Below are positions 1-13,053 of a DNA stretch of 64,000 nucleotides, piece after piece (position 1 is the stretch's first letter; each line of letters opens with the position of its first letter). Made by a program: the position numbers and the translations under genes. A model generated the notes under the pieces. That model had not been told where the DNA came from. It made no database searches and saw only the letters and a program-made list of their open reading frames with translations. The DNA comes from Guillardia theta CCMP2712 (taxonomy: Eukaryota; Protista; Cryptophyta): NCBI RefSeq assembly GCF_000315625.1, contig NW_005434603.1, positions 186,001-250,000 of the forward strand, read 5' to 3'.

Positions 1-2029
1 AGTAGATGAGGCCTAACACCTCCTGCTCCTGCTCCTGCAGATGAGGAGAGTCGGCAACTCACGGGAGCCGTCGCACCTGCGCCTCGGGCCTCGTGCTGCA
101 GTCTATGCTACCGTCTGCTGTGACGAGGTTTACCCTCCCTGCTCGATCAGGTCAGAGACTGTAAGGGAGAAGAGGCCCGTAGAGGGGCTACCTAGAGTAC
201 TGAGAGTCCGCTCTCTTATCAACCTCACGTTGTCCTTGTTGAGCACATTCCCTGCCGTAACAGATGAGCATCACAGATGAGCGGCGTGAGGAAATGAGGG
301 AACCATGGTACATACATAAGCAGGGAAGGAGGGAGGGAGGGAGGGAGGGAGGGAGGGAGGGAAGAAAAGATGGAATCTTAGATGTGGAGAAGGATCGCCC
401 CGTACTCACGGAGAACACGCATATCAACCTGTTCCATCCGCCCCGAAGTCCCAGTGCTCTTGGGTATGGTCGATAAGATCTGCATCCTGCCCTCCGTCTT
501 ACATTCCCTCCGGCACGTGAGGTATATCAAACCTCTCCTCGAGCCACCTTCTTCGCTATTGGGTCTTGCTCCTCCTCCTCGCTCCGCAGTGTGTTCGCCC
601 GCCAGCTCCATGTCACGTCCTTGCAACAGCATTCTTCATCAGCACGCTCTCGGGGAAGTCAGCCAGCCACTTTGTGCCGGGTCTTGAGGAGATGGTTGAG
701 GGCTGCTATGAAGCCTCCTGAGACCCTCTCGTCAGCCTCCGTCACTTCCTCCTTCCTCCCCCACCCGGTGCCTCGCAGACATGCAAGGAGGAGAGCTGTC
801 GGGAGTTGGAGGTGCCCTCAACTGCGATAGAGAGGGGAGGGGATGGCTTCAGTAAGAGAAAGAAGAGATGGAGCACAACAAAACGACAGAAAAGGAGAGA
901 GGGAGGGAGAGGGAGAGTGAGAGAGGGAGGGACAGGGACAGGGACAGGGAGAGAGGGAGGGTGGAACAGAAGGTGGAGGTATTGAGAACAAAGTTATATC
1001 AGCATGGCAATGACATCTCACCAGCCACGTTTGAAGGACTGATCAACTCCGGGTATGCTGACGCCCATTGAAGTGAGAGAAAGATCCAATCCAATCCCAT
1101 CCTATCCCACCACAACATATCTCGTCTCATTTCTTATGTTCTGAACTCGTCCCATCCCATCCCATCCCATCGCAAATCACAAGGACCTGTGCTGATATGA
1201 AACATCTTCACCCATGCATGCGAGCACATCTCGGCATCGTATTGATCTCTACAAGAGCGAGAGTAAGGTGTGACAAGTTCTCGAGCCTCAATCAATGAAC
1301 CTGATCGTGTTCACTAGCAACCCGTAAGGGTCCATGCTAGTCGTGTGACGGTGCCATGCCTGCATGCTTCGTCAAGCTTGCTCCACCTGACTCGTCGGGC
1401 TAGCATGTTGAATGAAGCAGAGCTGAAGTCCACGAGACTGCAGGGCGAAACTAGACCGCATGGGAGGAGAGGTGTGGGAGCGATTGTGGTGTGTCAAACT
1501 CACTGACTGAAAGTCTCCTTGCTGAGCCTGCGGCAGCTCCTCGTATCGCTTAAGAGCCTCTCGCCTTATTTTCCACTTGCACTCCACGAGCTCTGAAAGC
1601 TTCTCAGATGGAAATGACCTGCATGCTACAGAACCCTACCTTCATTGAGCTTGTCGAATTTTGCCTGAGCCTTACCCTCACAAGTCCCCTTGCTCCTCCA
1701 CTGCCATCTACCGTCCTCCCTTGGCACGTGCTTCATCCTCCATACCTTGGATATCCCCGAGACTCCAGTAGCTCCAAACTGAGCAAGGGAGTCAGCTCAG
1801 AAAGGGAGCTCTTCATGCGGAGGAGAATGACCTTGCTGAGGATCTTCTCCATGCTCTCTTGCTGCTCCTCGAACAGCCTGACCAGCGAATGCATCTGTTC
1901 TCCTCCTGCATCTCCTTCTCCCTCCCCTCTTCCTCCTCCTCCTCCTCCTCCTCCTCCTCCTCCTCCTCCTCCTCCTCCTCCTCCTCCTCCCTCCACCCAC
2001 TGCGTCGTGCACTGATATCGTTCCACCAT
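1..2029 (-). CDS. Hypothetical multi-exon protein with N-terminal poly-Gly (3' end unresolved, possibly beyond the window edge)
   Basis: ATG at 2029 (MVERYQ...), open exon-like blocks bounded by GT/AG at about 1748, 1640, 1500 and 390-480. Poly-Gly comes from a (CCT)n tract. No family recognised. Confidence 0.4.
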
Positions 2030-2319
2030 CCTGAGCAGTCGCTTTGCCTCTCAAGTCGCCGGGCCCGGAGACCCGGGGCCGTCAGTCACTCAGTCACTCA
2101 GTCGATTGACTTCTTTCTTTGCCACACCGAGTCACATCAATTATAACGGCTGTTGAAAGTGAGGGGGTACCTCAGGTAGAGGGGGTCCAGCAAGGGGCCA
2201 AGGAGGGGTTATCATGACGGACGTCACCATCAGGACCGGTGACCGACGGGAGTCAGTCTCCGTAGTACTCTAAGAGACAGAGAAAGGAGGAGAGCCGGCC
2301 TGAGAGGCGAAGAGAGGAG

Positions 2320-2470
2320 CGGAGGAGAGGAGGAGAGGAGGAGAGGAGGAGAGCAGGAGAGCAGGAGAGGAGGAGAGCAGGAGAGTAGGAGAGCAGGAGA
2401 GGAGGAGAGGAGGAGAGCAGGAGAGCAGGAGAGCAGGAGAGCAGGAGAGCAGGAGAGGAGGAGAGGAGGG
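2320..2470 (+). repeat. Compound microsatellite (GAGGA/GAGCAGGA)n
   Basis: Visible tandem units. Confidence 0.9.
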
Positions 2471-4479
2471 GAGTCAGTCGCGGCCGAGACTGAAAGGAGA
2501 AACGTAGAGAGTTATGATCAATCGGAAACCATCAACCACATAGCTGCAAGCCTTTGTGTGGAGGAGAGGATCGGACAGGGCAGGGGGCAGGGCACGGCAG
2601 TGAGGGGCAGGGGCATGGCATGGCATGGCATGGCATGGCATGGAATGGCGGAGCAGGAGAAGACTGAGGGGAGCGGAGATGGGGCGAACTTATCGGAAGG
2701 GTTTCAGTAAATGGGATATTGTCTGGCCCGTGTGTAGCACGAGAAAGAGAGCAGAAGGCAAGAACAATTGAGAGTATAGTTAGGCCGGCCCGGGACTGAG
2801 ATGATACTCAATCTAAGACCGGAAGCAAGCCCTCATTTTCTTTTGTTGCATCCAGTCCTATTGATTCTTGTTGCAGTCGCTAAAACGCAGTCTTGTCAGA
2901 GTGGCACGTCTGCATACCGTCCCAAGGCGAAGCTCGTACATTAGAGAATCTTCAGGACTGGTTGACTTGATTCCCATCCGTGACCTCTAGACCACCGAAT
3001 TGAGGTGCACCAGTCCCACAGGAGCTGATCTTGGAAGTTTGAACTCGGAGGCACCTCGCAAGCTCGAGTATGGATTTCTTTCTCCTGGCCTGCACCGGAG
3101 AGAAAAACGTGTTCACGGTGCAGGAGTGTTGCACCCCCTCGTGGACCAGACCCTCCTGGAGCAGAAGCAAATCAAACAGCACGACCCCTCGCTCAGCTGG
3201 GAGGCTGCTGAGCGCTGAGGTTCACGGTCCTCCATCCCGCATCGAGCTCTTCTGCGAGGACCACGAGGAGGAAGAGGGGGAGCTGCTTCCCTCCTCTCGC
3301 CGATTGGCCCCGGTCGCTCTTAAACCTGCCACTCACGGAAATCACCAGCAGGCTTTCCACCAGAACCTCTGGAGCTCCAAGGCGGCAGCAGAGCAACCGG
3401 ATCATAATGGGCCTGCTCTCGATCGCATCGAATCTGAGTCCATGCTCCTGCACCAGCTCCAGCCCAGCAACCCAACCACAGCTGAACCGACTCCGCGATC
3501 TGTCAACTTCTCGAGGAACCACACGCCGAGGCAGACGCGTGAGGCGGCGGCCCAGCCCAGCAGGTCGGAGGCTTCGAGGGTGTCAAAGGCGCAGGACGTG
3601 ATCCTGATCGAGTGAGTGGAGGAGTGACGGCAGGAGCATCTCTAACGATCTCTGGCCCCGCAGGTGCGACATCGTGTCCCCTGCTTCAGCTCCCCCGACG
3701 CACAGGGGTCATGAGGTAGCTGGAGCCTGGTTCGAGGGTGATCCTTACTGGTTCCGCAGGAGAGCCAGGGAGAGGAGAGCAACGAGAGGCAAGAGCAGGT
3801 TCCTTCGCAGGTGGGGATCAAGTTGACTTCCTGGTTGAACTGTGTGACGCGTCCGTGCAGAGCCCGATGAAGCAGGAGGATAGGGAGACGTTCCTGTGGG
3901 CTTGAGGGAGTGCCGGTATCGTGTTGGGATGAGATGAAGAAGTTTGAACACAGAACCTCTCCCTGCCTGCTCGCTTGTCTCATCAGCATCCTGAAGTTGT
4001 CAGCACACGAAAAACAGCAGCGAATGTGTGTGCGTGCGAGCGCGTGCGTGCGTGTATTGGTGGTGGTGAAGGTGGTGCAGGGAGGTGGGAGAGGGGGAGG
4101 GGGGCGGAGAAGGGATAGAGGGATTTGAGTCAGAGTCACTGGCCAAGAGAGCAACTTGGCCTCATGCTATGGATGAATCAACCTTAGAGGCCGCTTGCAA
4201 GACACTGGAAGCAGGCAGTTGCCAGTCACCGTACTATAGTAGGTGACCGGCCCGGCGGCGGGCGGGCCGGGCCACCGGCCGCGGGCGGCCGACCCCCTTA
4301 TCACTGTGATGAATGATGCCTGCCGCCAAAGCTCTTCGCTTCTCCTCAGCTCGCATGATTCGTGACCGCCTCAATCATCGGTGCGGGCTCAGCGTTGCCG
4401 AGCGTCGCCACCGTTGCCACGCGGCTGAGCATAAGAGAGTCTAGAGGGTGAGTCGACTCAACTGCGACTCAACGGCTGA

Positions 4480-6720
4480 GACGGGTAGGAGGGGGGATGA
4501 GGGCTCCTTTTACAAGATTCACCCCCCACCCCAATGGTTATTCTACCCCACCAACTCGAAAGAACCCTACCTACTAAATGGTGGAACCTACCCGACAAAA
4601 AATTTTACCACCCCATTGAAATCGTCTATACCACCCCCTCAAATAACCACCCACCGGATGAATTACAGCCCTGGGTCCTGCAATAACCCTACCTACCTTT
4701 CACAGATCAGATGGCTACACCCATCTTTGTGGATACATTTCGTGCTACCCCTTCGTTGTGGATTGTACCGGTGTATTTGATATCGAAAAAGTCAATAATG
4801 AAGGGGTCAAATTCACAAAGTACTGGTAGGGTGGATTTGGAAATGTCATTCTGGGAGAGTCATGGGGGGTGGGGGTGGAGAGCGTTGTTGCACCTCATGT
4901 TGTGCCTGCTGACGTGCAGTGGAACCACTACCCCCATGGAGATCTACCCTGTATTTACAGTACCCACCCCCTATATCACTTCTGAAATAAGCATACAAGG
5001 GGTACTAATTACCAAGATCCTTCCCACTACAGTACCCGGTAGTAATTCAAAAATACCCCACCCCTTGAACCCCCCTTGTTTTTTAGATGGCCTCCAGATT
5101 CCAGGGTGGCCTCAATTTAGAACGGAAAGGGGCTAGATCTTGGGTAGGGGTAGTCAAACAAGAGACTGCTATCCCTCAAGCGGTACGGGTCCTATGGTAA
5201 ACCTATATTGTGCAGGAAAACCAGGGGTAGAATTTTCATTTTTATGGGGTGATACCACAATGGCGACGGGGTAGGGGGTAGGTGTGATATCAAAGCGAAG
5301 GAACATGACTCGAGCAAAGGGAATTGACCGTACGAATGAAAGGGGGTGGGATGAAGAGATGGCTGAAATCAAGAAGGTACACACTATAGTAATTTTTATT
5401 AGAGACTCATTTGGATTTTCTCATATCTTTTGAGAATAAATTTCCCCTCTGGGTCGATATCTTGTGTGTTTTGAATTACGTGTGGTAGCAAACTGTCACA
5501 GGGTAGTTGCGGATCATGAGGGGTAGGTTGAAATGTTTTCTGTCCAGATGCAGACTAAGGTGGGGGTGATTTTATGGTAAAATAGAGGGTACATCGTTTC
5601 TGAGGTGGGTGAGCTGCCATCGTACCAGGTGGGGTGGATTGTCGAGGATACGCCTCCTAAATACTGTAGAACGGCAAGCCAACAGTTTTTCATCTTCTCC
5701 AAAAACACCCATGTACCCCCATCAAATCCATCTATTTGATATCCGATAGATAGGTAGGGTGAGTCCTCCTGGACCCCTCCAACGACCGTTTCAGAATGCG
5801 GCCCCGATCTGGGATGAGGATTCACCCCCTTATTCCCCCTCAACCACCCACCCCTCGGAAGGCAAGGCCTCGGGGCCCTGGAAGTCTATTTCGTATCATT
5901 TGGTGCCCCGGGCACACCACCCACCCCTTGGTCTCTTGCCGGTCACTGCGCGCATTTCCTCATTTGAGTAGTCCCGAGATGGCTGTAAATGCACAGGGGT
6001 CCTACCTTGAAGTTGGAAGCAAGATAGTATCATATAATATACTATGAAGAGAATCAAGAAAAGTTGTATGATAGTGGTATATGAAACAGGGTCGCCTCAA
6101 GAGCATGCTGTGGTACCGGGTACGGATGCGTCCCGATACTTGGGGTGGATTCGAGCGTAGCGCAGTTCTCGATGACTCAATAAGGGGGTGGAATCCCTTC
6201 CAACAAACTCTACTACCCCTACCCCCTATTTTCGACCCGGATCTATCACCCCACCCCTCAAAGGTGTGGGTAAGACGCGGTCCTTCTACCACTGTGTTTT
6301 CCTCAATGGGCCTCTACCCCTACCCCCATGTACTAACTTCACAAGCGTTACAGAATTTTCAGTAGAACTTTAGAACTACCCCACCCCACCCCCTGAGACA
6401 CAGGATGACCTGCCTTCAACACGCAACACGCTATACACCCCACCTACCACAACCAATCACTTCGTCACCCCACCCTACCTACTTGGTTCAATAATCTCAC
6501 TCTAATACCACCCGACCATATTTTCAAATGCACCTGCAATCACCCCGACCTTCTCCATTACCACCTCCAACCCCACCCCTCGTCATTCCCCCACCCAGCC
6601 TTCTCCATGTACACCCCTTCAGACCTGGACCCCACCTATCTCCAAAATCACCCCCTACCCCACCGTGACCGTAACTGTCCCACAAACGGTTTTTTTTCCT
6701 TTTTTTTTCGGTCTCCTTCC
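4480..6720. other. Apparently non-coding TACC/ACCC-GGTA/GGGT-rich tract
   Basis: Strong enrichment of these words by eye, no convincing ORF, composition unlike the flanking genes. Confidence 0.55.
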
Positions 6721-6882
6721 CGCTACCCCCACATCCTTCTCCCTCACCCCCTCGACTTCACTCCCGACCCGACTCCTCCTCCTCTCCCACGCGTTGCTAC
6801 TCCTCCTCCACTTCACCCCAAGAACAACCAAACACCTCTACGAACCCGACAGACACAGTTTCCTCCTCCAGAAACCCTCAAC

Positions 6883-7230
6883 ATGCCCCGTGCAGCCGCC
6901 GCAAAAGTCCCTAAGTCCCCAAGCGCCAAGGCTACGAAGCGAGCCACCGCGCCCAAGAAGACCATCTCCAAGGATGCTCCCAAGAAGAAGAGAACGGCAG
7001 TGTCCAAGAAGAAAGTTTCCACTGCTGCCTCCCCCAAGCCTGCCAAGAAGTCTGTGAAGAAGACGGCAACCAAGTCCCCCAAGGCAAAGTCCCCCAAGAC
7101 GACCGCCGCGAGCCCCAAGGCCGCGAGCCCCAAGAAGGCCCCGCTCGTTCGCAACACCACGTTGGCAGAGAAGGTGAAGGGAGAGACCGGAAAGCTCCGT
7201 GCTGTCTCTCGTCTCAAGGCCAAGAAGTAA
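6883..7230 (+). CDS. Small Lys/Ala/Pro-rich histone H1-like protein (115 aa, no globular domain)
   Basis: Single exon MPRAAAAKVPKSPSAK...RLKAKK*; repeated SPK motifs (ASPKP, KSPKAKSPK, ASPKAASPKK); strongly AAG-biased codons. Confidence 0.65.
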   Translation: MPRAAAAKVPKSPSAKATKRATAPKKTISKDAPKKKRTAVSKKKVSTAASPKPAKKSVKKTATKSPKAKSPKTTAASPKAASPKKAPLVRNTTLAEKVKGETGKLRAVSRLKAKK

Positions 7231-7701
7231 ACTTAAACCAGCTGATGGTGGTGTGATTGAACACTCCTTCTGAGCCAGCACCTCTCTTGCCCAACATGAT
7301 CGTCAGCGATCTGACCGGGGGATGATGTTTGTGTGGAGCTTGAGAATGAGAGTTTGTGCCTGCGGAAGTAGTGTAGCTATAATGCGTGAATTTCTAATAA
7401 ACCTATCAAACACTGCAACTGTTTTCGCTCGAAAGCGCACCACTGCTACCATGGCCGTTTAATCTGTTTGTGTGTTTGAAACGATCCCCTGAGTGCATAG
7501 ATGTTGAGCAGTATAATGGTAGGATGATTCAACTTGTACAGCATAAAGAGCAAGAGTAGGAGGAACAGCAAAGGAAAAGAATAATTTTACCCCACGAGGA
7601 CAAATACTCTCATTCTCTGACCGCTAACATACCAGTATGTAGTGCCTGTGCACCAGGACAAGATAGCCCGAGCATGTCAACTCATCTCCTCCTCCCTCCC
7701 C

Positions 7702-10700
7702 TCAGCTCCTCTTCACGTTGACGCTGGCGAACTTGTGGGTCCCCCTGAAAGTATGAATCCTGCGCAGGATGTCTCGCTGCAACCAGGAGGGATCAGTCGA
7801 GTCAGAGGGCTCCGGGGCCTCCTCCTCACCTTTGTGGTGATGCCGACCAGCGCGCCGTTGCGAACGACGAGGACGTAGCGGAGGCGCAGAGCTCGGAAGG
7901 CGTCGATGACGCGGTTGAGAGGAGTGGTCTCTACGATCTGTGAGAAGGAAAGTTGGGAAAGTCAGTTGGACAGGATGGGATGGGAACATCAGCAGATGAG
8001 GCAAGGAACTTCTGTCCCTGACATCTCAGATTCCAATGGTAACCCTCGATCCTCCCCGCTCCTCTTCCTTCTCCGCTCCTCTGCTCCCCCCGCTCCTCCC
8101 ACTCCATACACCTCCTTCCCCTCCTCTTTCTTTCTGCTCTCCGCAACATCTTCATCCTCCCTCCGCTCTCTTCTCCTTACCTGGATCGGGCTTTGGTCGA
8201 GCCAGGGGTTGAAGTCGAGGTAGGGGGCGTTGCGGGGGAAGGGCCTATCGTTGGTGAAGAAGCACTGGGTAGCGTCTGTCATGTCCGGGGTCTTAGCGTT
8301 GAGCACGGTCTCCAGGTTGGCACGTGAGATGTAGCCGATCAGTTGCATGCTGTCCATGGACTTCACGATGGGATACCCGCTGAACTCTGGTGAAGAGAGC
8401 GAGTGAGGAGGAGCGCAGAAAGAGAATGGGAGGGAGAGGGGAGAGTGGAGAGAGGGAGAGGGAAGAGAGGGAGAAGACGAGAGAGAGGAGACACTGACCT
8501 GTTGTGTTAAGGAGGTTGGCGATGCTGCCGTAAGTGTTTCCTGTCGCATTTATGACGCACAGATCCCTTGACTTCATGACGTCTGCTGCCGTCTCGTTGA
8601 AGACAAACTCCATCTTGTTGTTGAGGTAGGGATAGTCGTGAAGAATGATGAGCTCGTCATAGATTCCTGTCAGACTGGTGAGATGCAGGCGCAGGAGGAG
8701 ATTTGCGGAGGAGAAGAATGGGCAACGTCATCCATGAAAGGAGAGTGTCGGAGCAAAAGAGAAGGAGAGAGGAAAGCAAAAGAGGACGAGGAGGTAGAGG
8801 AGAAGCGATAAGGTCTAAGTAAAGAACGAAGTGTTGAAGGAGGAGGAGGGGGAGGAGGAGCAAAAGAACGAGGAGGAGGAGTTCGGTTCCAACCATCGCG
8901 GCCGAAGGCATCGGAGACCCACTTGGCGACGAGGATGCAGATGGTGGTGGGCATGATGTAGTCGATGCCGTCAGTGAGCTCGAAGATGATGACAACGAGC
9001 GAGACTGTCATCCTTGAAACAGCCGACAGCATGGCAGCTGACCCGATGATCGCGTACACCCCCGGGGTGATACAAGGGTCGTGCCCTGCGCACTCTGCGA
9101 AGAAACCGACGTCTCCTACTCGCTCCTTCGATGACATCGCGTCAGAGAAGGAGGATGGAGTCACAAGCGACAAGACAAGAGGAGGACAGGAGATCAGCTG
9201 AAAGGGCACACTGACGAAACTTCCTCGACCCTATCGATCCCTCCCCAACTCCTCCTTGCTCCTCGCCTCCACTCCTCTCCTCATCTCCCTCCGCATTCCT
9301 CCTTCCCCTCCCCGCTCATGTCCCCTCTGCCTCACCTGCACTAGACTCAAGCAGAAGCCGAAGACTCGTCCCAGACAAGCCCCGACGGCCATGGAGGGGA
9401 CCATGTGCCCTCCCGGCACGATGGTGTTGGGACCGAAGATGGTCAGGATGAACTTGATGAGCGCACAGGCGAGGAGGAAGATGATGATGTTTGATGCGTC
9501 GCTTTCCACGCAGAGCTGAAGAATGCAGAGTGAGGGAGGATGGTAGAAGACGAGGAAGAGGGAAAGGAGTTAGTAACAGAGAGGGGGGGAGGAAGGGGGG
9601 GGGGGGGGGGAAAGAGAGAGGGGGAAGCGATAAAAAAAGAGATGGAGAGAGACAAGGGGGGAAGAGGGGTAAAGGAAGAGGTGTGAGGGAAGGGGGGGGG
9701 GTGAGAGAGAGAGGGAAGAGAGTGGGAAAGGACATAAAGATGAGAATACATGGAAAGAGCAGCCAACATAAATCGTAGAGTGAGGAGAAATGTGTGAAGC
9801 AAAGGGCAAAGGCTACAAGTCAAACCTGGTCAACCGTTGCGTTCGTCTCATACTTGCAATCCGAGTACAGAGCGGCAAGAAGATCCTGCAAGAAATATGA
9901 GCAGCCCGTTGCCGTATCGGGTTGCCCACACCACCTCCCATCCCTCCACCTTCACTGTTCTCCACTACTCTTTCGTTTCCTCTCCTCTCCTCTCCTCTCC
10001 TCTCCTCTCCTCTCCTCTCCTCTCCTCACCGTTGTATCCATCCTCAGAAAAGTTGAAAGATAGGTCGCCGATGCCGAGAGAAAGGAGACAACTGCAGCCT
10101 GCAGAGACCCTCAGGACTGTCCTCTCTCCACTCCTCCCCCCTCCTCTCCTCTCCACTCCACTCCTCTCCTCTTGCCTGCCCTCTCCAACCCTACCTCATA
10201 GAGAGGATGGCGGGCTATGCGGGTAGTCTGGCGGAGGTAGGCGTATCGCACCATGAGCTTGAGGAGGAGAGTGCCGAGGAGCCCGCCGATGGCCCCGAGC
10301 ATGACGAAGATGGGCAGCTCGAACCAACCGAACGCGTAGTGGTAGGTGATCTCGAAGGCCACCAGCTTGCCGCTATGCAGGGGGTCGATTCCTCTCAGCG
10401 TGATGGCGGCGACGATGGCGCAGTAAAAGGAACGCCAGATTGTCTGAAGAGAGAGGCGTGAGAAGAAGGAGGAGGAGGAGGAGACTTCAAGGAAAGGAGG
10501 AGGGGGGGGCGGAGAAAACAAGGCAAGGGAGGAGGATGGGGTGGAGGGACGTCACTGACCTTGGGGGGGAAGTAGGAGCTCAGCATCTCCAAGCTGAAGA
10601 GAACTCCTCCTACAGGGGCTCCGAAGGCAACGGAGATGCCGGCAGCGGCAGCACCGGACAGCAGTTCGCGCTTCTTGACCTCTGACGTGGCGTACTTGGA

Positions 10701-11453
10701 GAAGTAGCGGGAGCTCACGTTGGCGACGCAGCATGCGATGTGCACGTAAGCCGCTTCTAGCCCAACGCTGAGCCCCGAGGCCACGGACAGGACGAGGGCG
10801 ACGCTCTTGATCAACAGCACGCGTCCTCCTAGGTAGCCCTTCATCACAAACCCTCCCAGGATGGTCTTGATCTCAGGGATGCCGGACCCCGACGCGAAGG
10901 GAGCGAACGTCTTCACCAGCCAGGCCGACCAGGTTCCCAGCACAGTACACCAGAGCATGTAGAGGAGGTAGTCGAGGCCGTACCCCCGGTCCCTCTTGCC
11001 GCTCCCGGGCAGGCCCATGAGGAACTCCGACCATGTCCTCCACTGCCAGCACGAGTCCTCGTCCTTGGATATCCTGCAGCACTCCTTCCTCGAGTTCCAG
11101 AACCCTCCCTCGCTGCAGTAGCCGAACTTGAGGTCAAACGCCCACTCCCTCGACACCTGAATCATCCCAGCAAGCAGGCCTGTGAAGAACCCCACGATGA
11201 GGAACACAAACCAGCCCTCCCCTGCTGTCAGGCTGTCCGACAGGATCCTCCTCCACTTGCTCCGTGACCGGTGCCGCATCTGCCTGCTCTTCTGCAGCGC
11301 CTCTCGCAGCAGCCTGTCCCTCTCCGCCCCGAACTCCCAGTCCACCGTCTCGAAGGTGCTGGCGGTAGCCGACACCAGCTTCGATGCCGAAGTGCCATAC
11401 GCAATGTCCCCGGAGCTCTTCTTGAGCAAGCTGGCGCTCTCTGACTCTGCCAT
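7702..11453 (-). CDS. CLC-family anion channel/transporter (CLC-3/4/5-like scaffold) with C-terminal CBS pair
   Basis: [36 protein letters not shown] and CBS motifs (SGYPIV, LVGITTKRDIL). Exons traced by GT-AG: 11453-10560, 10443-10195, 10098-10030, 9885-9826, 9515-9336, 9125-8894, 8666-8499, 8386-8181, 7937-7830, 7776-7702. Confidence 0.93.
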
Positions 11454-11879
11454 GCTCTACTGCAAGCTAGGAGAGGCTAGGATGAGCGAGGAGTGTTGTC
11501 AGTATGGTCTGCTCGTGTGATGGAGGAGCAAGGTTCAATGAGCAGCAGGCGTGCTAGTCTGTCTCTCCTGCAGCCTCAGCGGCATAATTACAGGTCCTTC
11601 AGATCCAAACCTGCAGCATCACTTCAATCACCTCCCTCTCGCATCACATCACATTGCGCTCATTCTCGTCCTCTCAGCAACAACCCCGCGATCCTTTTGG
11701 GTCATTCGACCCCTCACTTGTTCCACTGGGTGTAACTCAATCTCATCGCAGCACTTCCAACTCACTCCCATCATCCACTCGCCTCTTTGATCAGTTTGCT
11801 CTCAATCATCATCATCACAATCATCATCTATCAGCTCTCCTCTCCTCCTCCTCTCCTCCCTCCCTTCCCGTTTCGCCAT

Positions 11880-13053
11880 TTTGATGCTGTGCTGGACGAC
11901 CGTTACGTACCTGTTGCGCTTCAACTACGACCGTTTCGGAGTGGGGCACCCCTATTTCGGGCATGGCAGGAGGCGCGGCTTGGGAGGTCGTTGTGGTGAG
12001 GCGCAAAAGGTATGAAGATGAGGAGGAAGAGGAGGTGAAGAAGGAGACAGAGCAGGAATGGAGCAGGAACAAGGCAAGATGGTGTGAGGGAGGAGGCAAG
12101 AAAGGACAGGGTAGGAGGAGGGAGAGGGCGGTGGAATGGGAAGGGAATGTAGAGGGTGATGGAGAGAGGGGAGAGGAGGAGCGGGACAGGGATGGAATGG
12201 AAGGCATGAAATGCAGAGCGAGCAAGATATGCAGGAATTAGAGATTTCATTGAATCGACAAGGGTGGAACTTAAATAGCCTCACCTGTTGCCACCTAGTT
12301 GATGTGTGAAGAATTTCCTCTCCTGTGTAAGAGGAAAATCGTGTAATGGCAGAGTGGAAGCTGCGTTGTTTCTGTGTTTGATCCTTTTACTTCATGTCTG
12401 ATGCTCGATTGGTCAACAGCGAGTCTTACAAACGTGGAGTTGCCGCGCTCTGTGCGCTCGCGCTTCTTGCTGTTGTGGTGAGTCACAAGCTGTGTTCGAC
12501 AAGGTCTGTCTGAACACCTGGTTTCACAAAAGACCCTTGTTGCGTTGAGACATCAGAATGGGCAACAAGCTGGTCTGGCGCAGGCGTTCTTCAATGGCAA
12601 ACGTTACAGGGTACAGGGGCTGCTATCCGTCTCCAGGTAGGCGGAACTTCTCCTCCCCACCCGCGCAGATTCTCATCAGAGTGGTCAGCCCGATTCAGTC
12701 TGTCTCCCCTTACAACGACAACTTCTTTGAGCCGGAGCCCATCGATGACTATGGCATCTACCGTGAGAGACAGGTTGTTGGCTCGCACGACATCGTGACT
12801 GACTTGCTCGTTGACCCTGCAGCTGCAATGAAGTTCTCAGACTACACCAAGGTGAGGAGACGGGAGCGCGCTATGACTCAAGACAAGGGCGAGCCAGACT
12901 CGGGCAATGAGTACCAACAGAAAGCGAGTCAGAGCGGCTTCCTGGAACCCATCTTGAATGTGCGTTTACGTCGCTGTGCTGCAACGAGCCGTAACTGAAA
13001 TCGTTCCACGACAGGCCGACGTGTCAGGGGAGATTCAGAATCCACCGAAGTAA
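11880..13053 (+). CDS. Hypothetical multi-exon protein (boundaries uncertain)
   Basis: Exon-like blocks ending at donors near 12010 and 12852; terminal exon ADVSGEIQNPPK* ending at 13053. Confidence 0.3.

Noticed and set aside
2952-4154. Overlapping 70-180 aa ORFs on both strands
   Set aside because: No recognisable motif or consistent splice model, so strand and frame could not be chosen
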